Assembly (NCBI GenBank): GCA_964430945.1
Contig: CAYSHH010000002.1
Span: 2,037-66,036 of the forward strand
DNA from: an uncultured Candidatus Saccharibacteria bacterium
Lineage (GTDB): Bacteria > Patescibacteriota > UBA1384 > JAMDBS01 > CAYSHH01
DNA: 64,000 nt
Direction: 5' to 3'
Shown: positions 8,663 to 18,203 of the stretch, piece after piece
How the letters are laid out: the number at the start of each line of letters is the position of its first letter
Numbering within the stretch: the stretch's first letter is position 1
Notes under the pieces: generated by a model
Databases searched by the model: none
Told to the model about the DNA's origin: nothing
The model's input: the letters and a program-made list of their open reading frames with translations, nothing else
Position numbers and translations under genes: made by a program

Positions 8663-9880
8663 ATGACAATGGAGCTAAATATGCAGATAGATGAAAAAGT
8701 TCAAACATTGAATTGGGTAGAAATTGATAAAAAGGCCATAAAATACAATATCAGGAATCTCAAGAGTCTAACACGTAAAAGAGTGAGGTTTATGAGTGTC
8801 GTAAAATCCGATGCATATGGGCATGGACTAGTAGAATTTTCTAAAATTGCAGTAGAATCTGGCGCAGATTATTTAGGGGTGGTGAACGTTGATGAAGCGA
8901 TAACACTTCGAAAAACAGGTATTAAAGTTCCAATTGTTGTTTTGGGATATGTTCCTGCTATTCGTGCACAAGATGCTCAAAAAAATGATATCGAAATTGC
9001 TATCACGTCACACGAACAAGCTGTAGAACTTATCAGACAAAGATTTAGTCCAAAACTTAAAGTACATGTCAAAGTTGAAACTGGTATTAATCGATTGGGT
9101 ATTCAGAAACAATATGTTCTTAGTGTTTTTAAAGAATTATCAAAATCTAAAAAAATAGAAATTGAGGGAATTTATTCTCATTTGGCTTCTGTCGAAGAGA
9201 ATAATCTTGATTATACGGGTGATCAATTCAAAGAATTTGGTGCAATTATTGAATCACTTGAAAAATATAACTTTAAAGTTAAGATTAAACACATTGCTGC
9301 GTCTGGAGCAAATCTTTTGTTTCCAGAATCACATTTTGATATTGTCCGATGTGGTATTGCATGTTATGGCCTTTGGCCGTCTGAAGAAAACAAAAAGAAT
9401 TTTTATGCCGAAGCTGATCTTGATACCCCTAGACCATTTTTAAAACCAGTACTTAGTTATAAGACAAGAGTTGCGCAAGTTAAAGAAGTCGCTGGAGGAT
9501 ATATTGGTTATGGATGTACATATCGAGTAACAAGAGCAATGAGAGTTGCAATACTTCCGATAGGTTACTATGAGGGTTTTGACAGAGGTTTATCTTGTGC
9601 TAGCAATAAGATCATGAATAAAAAAGAACAGTCAAGTTGTGGAGAGGTACTTATTGCTGGCAAACGATGCTCGGTAGTAGGAAGAGTTTGTATGAATATG
9701 ACAATTGTAGATGTATCGAAAATTAATCCAAAAGATATTCATATTGGGGATGAAGTTGTCATAATAGGTAGACAAGATAAAGAAAAAATAACTGTAGAAG
9801 AGATTGCTGACAAACTAGGTACGATTAATTATGAAATTATATCTCGTATACCCGGGCATATACCTAGATTTTATAAGTAA
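8663..9880 (+). CDS. alr: Alanine racemase
   Basis: PLP-lysine motif VVKSDAYGHG and a C-terminal beta domain. The exact start is uncertain (8663 to 8687). Confidence 0.85.
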   Translation: MTMELNMQIDEKVQTLNWVEIDKKAIKYNIRNLKSLTRKRVRFMSVVKSDAYGHGLVEFSKIAVESGADYLGVVNVDEAITLRKTGIKVPIVVLGYVPAIRAQDAQKNDIEIAITSHEQAVELIRQRFSPKLKVHVKVETGINRLGIQKQYVLSVFKELSKSKKIEIEGIYSHLASVEENNLDYTGDQFKEFGAIIESLEKYNFKVKIKHIAASGANLLFPESHFDIVRCGIACYGLWPSEENKKNFYAEADLDTPRPFLKPVLSYKTRVAQVKEVAGGYIGYGCTYRVTRAMRVAILPIGYYEGFDRGLSCASNKIMNKKEQSSCGEVLIAGKRCSVVGRVCMNMTIVDVSKINPKDIHIGDEVVIIGRQDKEKITVEEIADKLGTINYEIISRIPGHIPRFYK

Positions 9881-9984
9881 ATTTTGACTGACATCTAATA
9901 TTTAAAAAGTAAGAACAATACTAAACAATTTATGACTTTTTAATCGCAGAGATGGATTATTAATTATTAATTTGAATTATCATA

Positions 9985-10788
9985 ATGAAGATCGGTGTTT
10001 TTGATTCTGGTTTTGGGGGGCTTACTGTTGTAAAGGATCTACTTCATGCATTTCCATTTGCCAAGATTATATATGTAGGTGATAGTGCTCGAGTACCATA
10101 TGGCAATAAAAGTAAAAAAACAATAATCGGATATTCGCTAGAGATAGCTGGTTTTCTTGTTTCTAAAAAAGTCGATGTAATAGTTGTGGCATGTAATACT
10201 GCTAGTTCAGTTGCGCTTAGTGCGGTTAAAAAGACCTCAAATATTCCAGTAGTGGGTATGATAGATCCGGTGGTTGATGAAGCTGTTAATTATCTAGGAC
10301 TTAGGAACGTCGGTGTGATTGGAACTAGTGGAACAATAAATTCTGGAGCCTATGAAAAGAAAATAAAAAAAATCGATAAAAAAATAAATGTAGTTTCACA
10401 ATCTTGTCCTCTTTTTGTACCAGTAGTTGAGGAAGGAATGCAAAATCATAAGATTACAAAAATTTTGGCCAAGGAGTATTTAAAAACAATTAAGGATGCC
10501 AAAGTAGATTGTGTGATATTGGGATGTACTCATTATCCATTGCTTTATGATGTAATACAAAAAACTTTAGGCAAAAAAGTAAAACTTCTTACATGTGGTG
10601 AGCCTGCTAGTCGAGAAGTGGGGAAAATGGTTGGGAAAGTCGGAGATATTATAAAAGGTAGAGGAAGAAATGTAAAACATGAATTTTACTCAACAGATGA
10701 TGTGCAAAAATTTCAAAAACTTGGATCTAAATTTTTAGGAAAGAAGATTGATAAAATTAAGAAATTGGATTTAGATAAAATAAATTGA
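9985..10788 (+). CDS. murI: Glutamate racemase
   Basis: VFDSGFGGLTV, VGDSARVPYG, VVACNTAS and LGCTHYPLL. Confidence 0.85.
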   Translation: MKIGVFDSGFGGLTVVKDLLHAFPFAKIIYVGDSARVPYGNKSKKTIIGYSLEIAGFLVSKKVDVIVVACNTASSVALSAVKKTSNIPVVGMIDPVVDEAVNYLGLRNVGVIGTSGTINSGAYEKKIKKIDKKINVVSQSCPLFVPVVEEGMQNHKITKILAKEYLKTIKDAKVDCVILGCTHYPLLYDVIQKTLGKKVKLLTCGEPASREVGKMVGKVGDIIKGRGRNVKHEFYSTDDVQKFQKLGSKFLGKKIDKIKKLDLDKIN

Positions 10789-10886
10789 TAAAAGAGTGCT
10801 TGTGCTTATTCAAAAAAAATGAATATAGATTGTTTAATTATGATTTTATAGTATGCTATTTGATAATAAATTATAAAAATTGATTC

Positions 10887-10915
10887 TTGACTTTAAGTAA
10901 CACTTAGGATATATT
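10887..10915 (+). promoter_or_regulatory. Sigma70-like promoter for the 10954 small gene
   Basis: ttgact, a 17-nt spacer, then tatatt. The strong SD aaggagga lies 6 nt before the ATG. Confidence 0.35.
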
Positions 10916-10953
10916 TGTATCAGTTTTTTAATAATGTATAAGGAGGAGCGGAA

Positions 10954-11244
10954 ATGTGTAATGCGGACATATCAATTGCTGAGATCGGTGACAGCGTATT
11001 TTTGTTTGGTCAACCGGGGTTATATTTTGAAGCTGTCAAGCTGTCATCGGGGAAATGGATAATAGAATCCAGCTTCGATGATGACGAAGGAGTAGAAGTT
11101 AAATTTGACAGAAGGTCAGGGACGTATACCACAGATCAGATAAAAGAAATGGTGAAAAAGAAAAAAAAGATAGCTACCGGAGTTCCTTTGGAAAAGGAAG
11201 AAATAGAATTTCTGGAAACGTTGTTTGAGACAAAGTGTGGTTAA
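10954..11244 (+). CDS. Hypothetical small acidic protein (96 aa)
   Basis: A self-contained unit with promoter, strong SD and terminator. No recognised motif. Confidence 0.5.
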   Translation: MCNADISIAEIGDSVFLFGQPGLYFEAVKLSSGKWIIESSFDDDEGVEVKFDRRSGTYTTDQIKEMVKKKKKIATGVPLEKEEIEFLETLFETKCG

Positions 11245-11256
11245 CATTTAATGTAT

Positions 11257-11278
11257 GAGGCGTAAGCCTCTTTTTTTT
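11257..11278 (+). terminator. Rho-independent terminator
   Basis: gaggc-gtaa-gcctc followed by T8. Confidence 0.6.
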
Positions 11279-11311
11279 ATCTTGTAAATAAGATATTATA
11301 AGGTTAAATTA

Positions 11312-12961
11312 ATGTGGGAGATTAGAGTTATGAAAAACGATAAAAAAAGTGATCTAATGGAAAAAATAGTTAATCTTTGTAAGCGTCGTGGGTTTATATT
11401 TCCTACTTCTGAGATTTATGGTGGTACACGTAGCGCTTGGGACTATGGTCCTCTTGGAGTACTTCTAAAAAATAATGTTAAAAAAGCATGGTGGACAGAT
11501 ATTGTGCAGAAGCGTGATGATATGGTGGGGCAAGATGCTGCAATTATTATGAATCCAAAAGTTTGGGAAGCATCTGGACATATTGGTAGTTTTCATGATC
11601 CACTTGTTGAGTGTAAAAAGTGTCATTCAAGATTTAGAGTCGATCATTTACCTGTAAATAACACAGATTATAAAAATAAAATTAAACTATTTAAGAAGTC
11701 TTTGGATAATATTCTTAATGAAGTAGAATTAGAACATTTTCCAGAAATTGATAAATTAATTAGTTTTGTGAAAATAGCTACTGAAAAAGTAAAAAATGAT
11801 CATCTTGATAAAGAGGAAAAAAGAATTATTAATGAAATGGTAATTGATGCAAAAGGAAAAATTGAGAAGGAATTGAACGTTACTAAAACAAAAATTGATA
11901 TTCATAGTAAGTTATTAAATGATTTTGTTAATGCACCTAAAATGGTTGGTTTGATTAGTAAATTGTACTTAAATGATGATGTTCGTTGTCCGGATTGTAG
12001 GTTAAAGGATTGGGATATTCCCAAGCAATTTAACCTTATGTTTAAAACATTTCTAGGTCCGGCAGAAGATAGTGCTCATGTGGCATATCTAAGACCAGAA
12101 ACAGCACAAGGAATATTTGTAAATTTTAAGACAATATTGGAAACTTCACGCAAAAAATTACCATTTGGTATAGCACAGATCGGTAAAGCTTTTAGAAATG
12201 AGATAACACCAGGAAACTTCACATTTAGAACTCGTGAATTCGAACAGATGGAAATAGAATATTTTGTGAAACCAGATGAGTCCGAAAAAGCCCATAAAAC
12301 TTGGCTTGATATGCGATTTGATTGGTATAAACAATATGGTATCAAAGAAGATAATTTACGACTCAGGAAACACGAAAAAGATGAGTTGGCACATTACGCA
12401 AAAGACTGTTCGGATGTTGAATATAAATTTCCAATGGGATGGAGTGAACTAGAGGGTATTGCTAACCGTGGAGATTATGACCTTAAACAACATGAAAAAT
12501 TTTCTGGCAAGGATATGAAATATTTTGATGAAGAAAAGAAAGAGAAATATTTTCCCTCAGTTATTGAACCATCTGCTGGTGCTGATAGGGCGACTTTAGC
12601 GTTTTTGGTTGATGCGTATAGCGAGAATGAAAAAGGTGAGATATTTTTGCGATTACATCCGAAATTAGCTCCTTATAAAGTTGCTATATTGCCACTTGTA
12701 AAAAAAGATGAAAAAATTTTGAAAATTGCGAAAGATTTGCATAATGAACTCAAAGAAGAGTGGTTTGTCAGTTACGATGAAACTGGCTCAGTTGGTAAGA
12801 GATATAGAAAACAGGATGAGATTGGTACCCCATGGTGTGTGACAGTAGATTTTGATAGCTTGAAAGACAAATCAGTTACGATTCGCGATCGAGATACTAT
12901 GAAGCAAGAGAGAGTGAAGATCAGTGAAGTTAAAACTTGGGTGGAAAAGAAATTGATTTAA
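11312..12961 (+). CDS. glyQS: Glycine--tRNA ligase (alpha2 dimeric type)
   Basis: FIFPTSEIYGGTRSAWDYGPLGVLLKNNVKKAWW and class II motifs. An alternative start is at 11330. Confidence 0.85.
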   Translation: MWEIRVMKNDKKSDLMEKIVNLCKRRGFIFPTSEIYGGTRSAWDYGPLGVLLKNNVKKAWWTDIVQKRDDMVGQDAAIIMNPKVWEASGHIGSFHDPLVECKKCHSRFRVDHLPVNNTDYKNKIKLFKKSLDNILNEVELEHFPEIDKLISFVKIATEKVKNDHLDKEEKRIINEMVIDAKGKIEKELNVTKTKIDIHSKLLNDFVNAPKMVGLISKLYLNDDVRCPDCRLKDWDIPKQFNLMFKTFLGPAEDSAHVAYLRPETAQGIFVNFKTILETSRKKLPFGIAQIGKAFRNEITPGNFTFRTREFEQMEIEYFVKPDESEKAHKTWLDMRFDWYKQYGIKEDNLRLRKHEKDELAHYAKDCSDVEYKFPMGWSELEGIANRGDYDLKQHEKFSGKDMKYFDEEKKEKYFPSVIEPSAGADRATLAFLVDAYSENEKGEIFLRLHPKLAPYKVAILPLVKKDEKILKIAKDLHNELKEEWFVSYDETGSVGKRYRKQDEIGTPWCVTVDFDSLKDKSVTIRDRDTMKQERVKISEVKTWVEKKLI

Positions 12962-13416
12962 TGAACAATCTAATTAATTTCTTATTTTTGGCTAATCGAA
13001 ATACCTATGCAACTGGAGATAGTACGAAGAACATTAAAGAGAAAGATGGCTCAACAACTTTAATTTTTAAGAAGGGCGATTACAAATTTCATGATAATTA
13101 TTTTGGTGGGGAGCCGTTTGGAGGACGAGAAGTTATTTTTTATAAAAACAAACCGGTGTGGATGATGGTATATTATGGGAGGGTGGTGGATAAAACATTG
13201 GATGTAAAAAAAATATATGAATTTTTACAAAAATCATTGATGCGATGCCCAGAAGATAAACCTTTTCGTGGTCCAGAAAAATTTAAAGAAAACGAATTTG
13301 AATACGGAAACAAGATTAATGGTAGTCATCGATGTTTTAATGGTTCTGAAGAAATAACATTTCAAGGAAAAAAAGTATACGAGGCAAAATATGTTGGTGG
13401 AGAAATAAACAAATAA
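12961..13416 (+). CDS. Conserved hypothetical protein
   Basis: Its ATG overlaps the glyQS stop (TAATG). The ORF track opens at 12937. A YKFHDNYFGGEPFGGREVIFYKNKPVWMMVYYGRV core resembles a DUF-type family by memory only; this is unverified. Confidence 0.45.
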   Translation: MNNLINFLFLANRNTYATGDSTKNIKEKDGSTTLIFKKGDYKFHDNYFGGEPFGGREVIFYKNKPVWMMVYYGRVVDKTLDVKKIYEFLQKSLMRCPEDKPFRGPEKFKENEFEYGNKINGSHRCFNGSEEITFQGKKVYEAKYVGGEINK

Positions 13417-13431
13417 TTTGATAGGAGTGAT

Positions 13432-13605
13432 ATGAGAAAAGTTCCGCCGAGTGAATATGAAATTGCTCGAATGCTAGCACAAAGCAAATCAAATGATAAA
13501 GATAAAGTTAAGGAAATTAAAAAACCAGATCATAAGGGTAGTTTTATCATTGATTCAAAGCGTCTAATTAATGATATATTTAGACCAAATAGAGAAACGA
13601 GATAG
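13432..13605 (+). CDS. Possible small ORF (57 aa)
   Basis: aggag SD 4-5 nt upstream and a weak hairpin at 13596..13618 after it. It is below the cutoff of the ORF track. Confidence 0.25.
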   Translation: MRKVPPSEYEIARMLAQSKSNDKDKVKEIKKPDHKGSFIIDSKRLINDIFRPNRETR

Positions 13606-13649
13606 AATATCTCTCGTTCTTTAATAATTTGTTAATGGAGGAATGACGT

Positions 13650-14195
13650 ATGTGTGAAAAAGATGATGTTTTGTCTGAAAATAATTCTGTGCTCAGAGAG
13701 GAAGAACCAAATCGTTGGGATATTGCCCTAGACAGTCTTGACGCGTATTATAGTTCTTTTCCTGAGAGCAAGCCAAGTGCTTGTTTTCTGATGAGATTAA
13801 TTTTTCAAATATTGTATAGTATGTTTGGGATCACTGTCTATAATCAGAAACTTTTTCATGAGATTATCTATAAGATAAAAAGTGAGAATAGTACTGATTT
13901 GTTTGTAAATAGTATCATGGAGCAAATAACCTTTGGTTATCGTAATTATTATGGTACGAGAATAATGTATAGCGACGAGCTAGATGTTGCTATTACCGAA
14001 TTTCAAAATAGTGGCATTATTGCCCTTGATGCCGCTGATAATTATCACAGTTTCAAATACTTACCAGGTGAGAAAAGGGATTATTTGGAAATTATCGATG
14101 TCTTTGCCAAAGAAGCAAAAGAAAAATACAATATTGAAATTAAAAGTGATGAATTAACGCGATTTATTGAAAAAATTATTATTCATTTTACCTAA
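13650..14195 (+). CDS. Hypothetical protein (181 aa)
   Basis: ORF with the SD ggagg upstream. No recognised motif. Confidence 0.5.
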   Translation: MCEKDDVLSENNSVLREEEPNRWDIALDSLDAYYSSFPESKPSACFLMRLIFQILYSMFGITVYNQKLFHEIIYKIKSENSTDLFVNSIMEQITFGYRNYYGTRIMYSDELDVAITEFQNSGIIALDAADNYHSFKYLPGEKRDYLEIIDVFAKEAKEKYNIEIKSDELTRFIEKIIIHFT

Positions 14196-14223
14196 TAATC
14201 ATTTTTTTGGAAATATTGATATT

Positions 14224-14248
14224 GCGACCTAAAAGGGTCGCTTTTTTT
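14224..14248 (+). terminator. Rho-independent terminator
   Basis: gcgacc-taaaag-ggtcgc followed by T7. Confidence 0.55.
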
Positions 14249-14264
14249 ATGAAATTTTCCACCT

Positions 14265-14294
14265 TTGACATGTGGTGAACGTAGGTTGTATAAT
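14265..14294 (+). promoter_or_regulatory. mraZ promoter (sigma70-like)
   Basis: ttgaca (14265..14270), an 18-nt spacer, then tataat (14289..14294). Confidence 0.5.
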
Positions 14295-14300
14295 GTATGC

Positions 14301-14350
14301 AAATGGTGAAATGTGGAAAAAAGTGGGGAAAAATGGGGAGAATGGTGGAA
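14301..14350 (+). promoter_or_regulatory. Putative MraZ operator: direct-repeat array of GTGG(G) boxes
   Basis: aaatggtgaa / atgtggaaaa / aagtggggaa / aaatggggag / aatggtggaa are five boxes at 10-11 nt periodicity, directly downstream of the -10. Confidence 0.45.
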
Positions 14351-14451
14351 AACTAAATATTCAAACCATATATAATCAACATATAATTTCTTGCATTTTT
14401 TCTCATTTGTCAAAAACAATGATTATCAAATACAAGTAATAAGTTACAAAA

Positions 14452-14883
14452 ATGTTTATCGGAGAATACGAACACTCAATTGATACTAAAGGAAGAATGG
14501 CAGTACCTGCTAAGTTTCGTGCTAAGCTTGCTTCTGGTGCAGTTGTAACTCGCGGGCTTGATAAATGTCTATTTCTTTACGCAAGGGAAGAGTGGGAAAA
14601 AATTGCTGAAAAACTTGCCAATCTTCCCTTGAGTAAATCAAACGCTCGAGCTTTTGCTCGACTTATGCTTGCTGGAGCTATGGAAGTAGAGATTGATAAA
14701 CAAGGGCGAATTAACTTGCCAAAATATCTTACAAAATATGCATCAGTTTCGGTCAAAGCTATAATAGCCGGTCTATACAACCGCTTGGAAATATGGAATC
14801 CAAAAGATTGGGATGAATACAAAGAAAAAGCCGAAGAAGGAAGCTCGGAAATAGTTGAAGAGCTGGGTGAACTTGGAGTTTAG
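14452..14883 (+). CDS. mraZ: Transcriptional regulator MraZ
   Basis: MFIGEYEHSIDTKGRMAVPAKFR and a duplicated SpoVT/AbrB-like fold. It is the first gene of the dcw cluster. Confidence 0.85.
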   Translation: MFIGEYEHSIDTKGRMAVPAKFRAKLASGAVVTRGLDKCLFLYAREEWEKIAEKLANLPLSKSNARAFARLMLAGAMEVEIDKQGRINLPKYLTKYASVSVKAIIAGLYNRLEIWNPKDWDEYKEKAEEGSSEIVEELGELGV

Positions 14884-15211
14884 CAAAGAATAATTTAAAA
14901 GCTGTAAATAAACATTAAAAATAAAATATTGACTGCAGATTTTATTCTTGGATTGTAACACATAGTAAATCAATGAATAAAATCTGTGGTGAAATGCCAT
15001 AGTCTCCAAGTTTTCAGCAGAAAGCGAAGGAGGGGCAAACTTAAAATTATTCCCTATATTTAAAAAGGGACAAAAACAAAAATAAGGAAAATACCGTATC
15101 TTCGTTCTGATTTATGGGGAGGGTAAGATACGGTATTCAATCCTTTGGTTGGATAAATATAATTTTATAAAAATACGGATATCGGATAATAAAGATTGGT
15201 TTTTAAAAAAT

Positions 15212-16072
15212 ATGAAACATATTTCGGTCATGATTAAAGAGGTAATGGATCAACTTAATCCAAAGATAGGGGGAAAATATATTGATGCGACTTGTGGTGA
15301 AGGTGGGCACACTAAAGAAATCTTAGAGAAGATCGGAAAAGACGGTAAAGTGCTTGCAATAGATCAGAGTGTAGAAAGTATTGAAAAAGCAAAAGTTGTA
15401 TTAAAAAAATATGAATCGCAAATTATATTTGAAAACAGTAATTTTTCACACATAAAAGAGATTGCTGACAAATATAATTTTAACAGTGTGGATGGAATTA
15501 TTTATGACTTGGGGCTGGTTAGTTGGCAGATAGATGATAGTGACCTTGGAATAAGTTTTTCCAGAGATGCAAAGCTTGATATGAGAACTAATCCTGAAGC
15601 TAAGACAATGGCAAGAGAAATAGTTAACAAATTTAGTATAAAAAAGATTGCTGATATTCTTTATCAATATGGTGATGTAAAAGGAAGCTGGTCGGTTGCA
15701 AGAAGAATTGAGCTTGCGAGAAGAAGTAAACAAATTGAGACGACAACTGAACTTAAAGAGGCATTAAAGACGAATAATCCTAAAATATTAGCACCTGTAT
15801 TTCAAGCCTTCAGAATATATGTGAATAGCGAGTATGACAATTTAACACAATCGCTTGGAGACGCAATAAAACTAGTGCGTACAGGAGGACATATAGTAGT
15901 GATTTCATTCCATAGTGGTGAAGATAGAATAGTAAAAAACATATTTAGACAAGCCAAAAAGGATAAAAAAGCTAAAATAATTACTAAAAAACCAATAAGT
16001 ACAACTGATATTGAGATTTCTAATAATTCAAGATCAAGGAGTGCGAAACTAAGATCAATTCAAATAATATAA
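15212..16072 (+). CDS. rsmH: 16S rRNA (cytosine1402-N4)-methyltransferase
   Basis: MKHISVMIKEV, DATCGEGGHT and DLGLVSWQIDD. The ORF track opens at 15149, but the conserved N-terminus begins at the 15212 ATG. Confidence 0.8.
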   Translation: MKHISVMIKEVMDQLNPKIGGKYIDATCGEGGHTKEILEKIGKDGKVLAIDQSVESIEKAKVVLKKYESQIIFENSNFSHIKEIADKYNFNSVDGIIYDLGLVSWQIDDSDLGISFSRDAKLDMRTNPEAKTMAREIVNKFSIKKIADILYQYGDVKGSWSVARRIELARRSKQIETTTELKEALKTNNPKILAPVFQAFRIYVNSEYDNLTQSLGDAIKLVRTGGHIVVISFHSGEDRIVKNIFRQAKKDKKAKIITKKPISTTDIEISNNSRSRSAKLRSIQII

Positions 16073-16078
16073 AAAAAC

Positions 16079-16411
16079 ATGAATTTTATAAAAAACAAAA
16101 GAGAAAACAATTTTCGAAAAAGAACAGTTACTAAAGATATTTCTGTTGGACCGCTTACTTTAAGATTTATTACAGTGATAATTATTGCTGCATTGTGTAT
16201 ATTGTATCTAGCCCAGTCGACACAAGGTGCTACAGAGAATTATCAATTAAGAGAGATGGAACAAACAAAAAAGGAAATTGAAAAGGAAAATGAGCGATTG
16301 GGTGTTGAAGCTGTAAGATTGCAAGCATTAAAAGATATCGATGTAAACCGTGATAAAAAGGATGAGGAAAAAGAATTCGAAGAAGCTAATAATTCAGAAT
16401 ACGTAGAATAG
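16079..16411 (+). CDS. ftsL: Cell division protein FtsL-like
   Basis: 110 aa with a single TM followed by a coiled coil, sitting between rsmH and the PBP gene. Confidence 0.55.
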   Translation: MNFIKNKRENNFRKRTVTKDISVGPLTLRFITVIIIAALCILYLAQSTQGATENYQLREMEQTKKEIEKENERLGVEAVRLQALKDIDVNRDKKDEEKEFEEANNSEYVE

Positions 16412-16431
16412 TATTTAATTTTAATATTATA

Positions 16432-18162
16432 ATGTATAGAGCAAATAATTTTCAAAAAAGAAATTCTATGATCGAAACAAGGATTTCTTTTTTAGTTTTA
16501 GCGATAATAATTTTTATAGTTATTTTTACCGCTCAATTTTTTTCTAAAAGTATATTGGATCATACTAGCATTTCTGCATGGGCCAAAGATCAATATATTA
16601 TAGAAGAACAACTTCCTTATGAGAGGGGGGAAATATTTTTAAGTGATAAAAAATATCCAAGCGGATATTATCCAATGGCACTTAACGATGATAGGTATCA
16701 AGTTTTAGTTGTGCCTAAAAATGTTGTAAATCCTAGGAATACAGCTGATAAACTATCTCAAATGATTGGGAAAGATAGCAACGAAATATTTGATGAAATC
16801 AATAATGATAAATTATATGTGCCACCGATAGCTAAAGGGTTGGATAAGGAAAAAGCAGATGCAATAGTGCAGGCAAATTTAGAAGGTGTAATGATAATGG
16901 CCGAACAAGCAAGACTTTATCCAGAAGATAATCTCGCATCACAGGTAATGGGATTTGTAGATGCAGGGGGTATAGGCAGATATGGACTTGAGGGATATTA
17001 TAATGATGATCTTACTGGAAAAAGTGGAGAGATTTCTGCTGAGAAAGATATTTTAGGAAGATTTATATCGATTGGTAGTCAAGTGGATCCTGAAGATGGA
17101 GCCAATATTTATTCGACTATTGATCGAAATATTCAATACGTTTCTCAAGAATATCTTAAAAATGCAATATCTGAGATGCAAGCTGATGATGGTACAATTA
17201 TTATTGTTAATCCGGAAGATGGAAGTATACTTAGTATGGCTTCTACGCCAGATTTCAATCCAAATGAATATGATAAGGTGGCCGAGGAACATCCCGATTA
17301 TTTTACAAATTCTGTGGTGTCTGACGTTTGGGAGCCGGGATCGATCATGAAACCGATTGTAATGAGCATGGCTATTGATCTCGGCAAAGTTGAGCCAGAT
17401 ACACAAGATAATTTTGGCGGGTCAGTAACCATACAGGGCTATACAATAAAAAATGCGATGGATAGAACGTTTGGTAGGGAAACAATGACAAAAGTTTTAG
17501 AAAATTCAGACAATATAGCTATGACCTGGTTGAGTCAAAAAATGTCTGACGAGGAGATGTATAATTACTTTAGTGATTATGGTTTTGGAAATTATAGTGG
17601 TATTGATCTTGAAGGTGATGCAACGGGATACATACTCGATCTTGCTGATTGGAGAGAGATCAGTCATGCGACAATGTCTTTCGGACAGGGTATTTCTGTA
17701 ACACCGTTGCAGATGGTAATGGCATTTTCTACTTTGGCCAATGATGGTAAATTGATGAAACCACGCGTGGTCAATAAAATTGTTAAGTCGAATGGTGAGG
17801 AAATAAATATTGGTCCTGAAGAGGTAAAACAAGTTGTTAAGGAGGAAACCGCAAACAAGATCACAGATATGCTTGTATCGGTAGTTAATAATGGATATGA
17901 TTTACAGGGGCGCGTTGAAGGATATAAAATTGCCGGTAAGACAGGTACAGCTCAAATACCTGATGAGAATGGTGGATACAAGGAAAAAGAGTTTATTCAT
18001 TCTTTTGCAGGTTATTTTCCAGCAGATGATCCTCAATATACGATGCTTATAATACTCAAAAACCCAAAAAAGTATAATTTTGCGTCAAGTACGTGCGCTC
18101 CATATTTTTCCAAGCTTGCCCGTTGGCTTTTAAATTATTCAGAAATTAAACCTACAAATTGA
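16432..18162 (+). CDS. ftsI: Penicillin-binding protein (class B transpeptidase, FtsI/PBP2-type)
   Basis: SIMKP (SxxK), SDN and KTGTA motifs, with an N-terminal TM. Confidence 0.8.
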   Translation: MYRANNFQKRNSMIETRISFLVLAIIIFIVIFTAQFFSKSILDHTSISAWAKDQYIIEEQLPYERGEIFLSDKKYPSGYYPMALNDDRYQVLVVPKNVVNPRNTADKLSQMIGKDSNEIFDEINNDKLYVPPIAKGLDKEKADAIVQANLEGVMIMAEQARLYPEDNLASQVMGFVDAGGIGRYGLEGYYNDDLTGKSGEISAEKDILGRFISIGSQVDPEDGANIYSTIDRNIQYVSQEYLKNAISEMQADDGTIIIVNPEDGSILSMASTPDFNPNEYDKVAEEHPDYFTNSVVSDVWEPGSIMKPIVMSMAIDLGKVEPDTQDNFGGSVTIQGYTIKNAMDRTFGRETMTKVLENSDNIAMTWLSQKMSDEEMYNYFSDYGFGNYSGIDLEGDATGYILDLADWREISHATMSFGQGISVTPLQMVMAFSTLANDGKLMKPRVVNKIVKSNGEEINIGPEEVKQVVKEETANKITDMLVSVVNNGYDLQGRVEGYKIAGKTGTAQIPDENGGYKEKEFIHSFAGYFPADDPQYTMLIILKNPKKYNFASSTCAPYFSKLARWLLNYSEIKPTN

Positions 18163-18203
18163 TATAAAAACATTGAAAAAATGATTTTTTTAAGGTATGA
18201 TCC

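Noticed and set aside
12076-12345. 89-aa minus-strand ORF inside glyQS
   Set aside because: It lies antisense within a conserved aaRS gene.
14577-15009. Two minus-strand ORFs (81 and 78 aa) over mraZ and its downstream spacer
   Set aside because: They are antisense to mraZ or fall in the spacer. The spacer is better explained by the RNA hairpins.
17053-17864. Several ORFs in alternative frames inside ftsI
   Set aside because: They are internal to a PBP gene with intact SxxK/SDN/KTG motifs.
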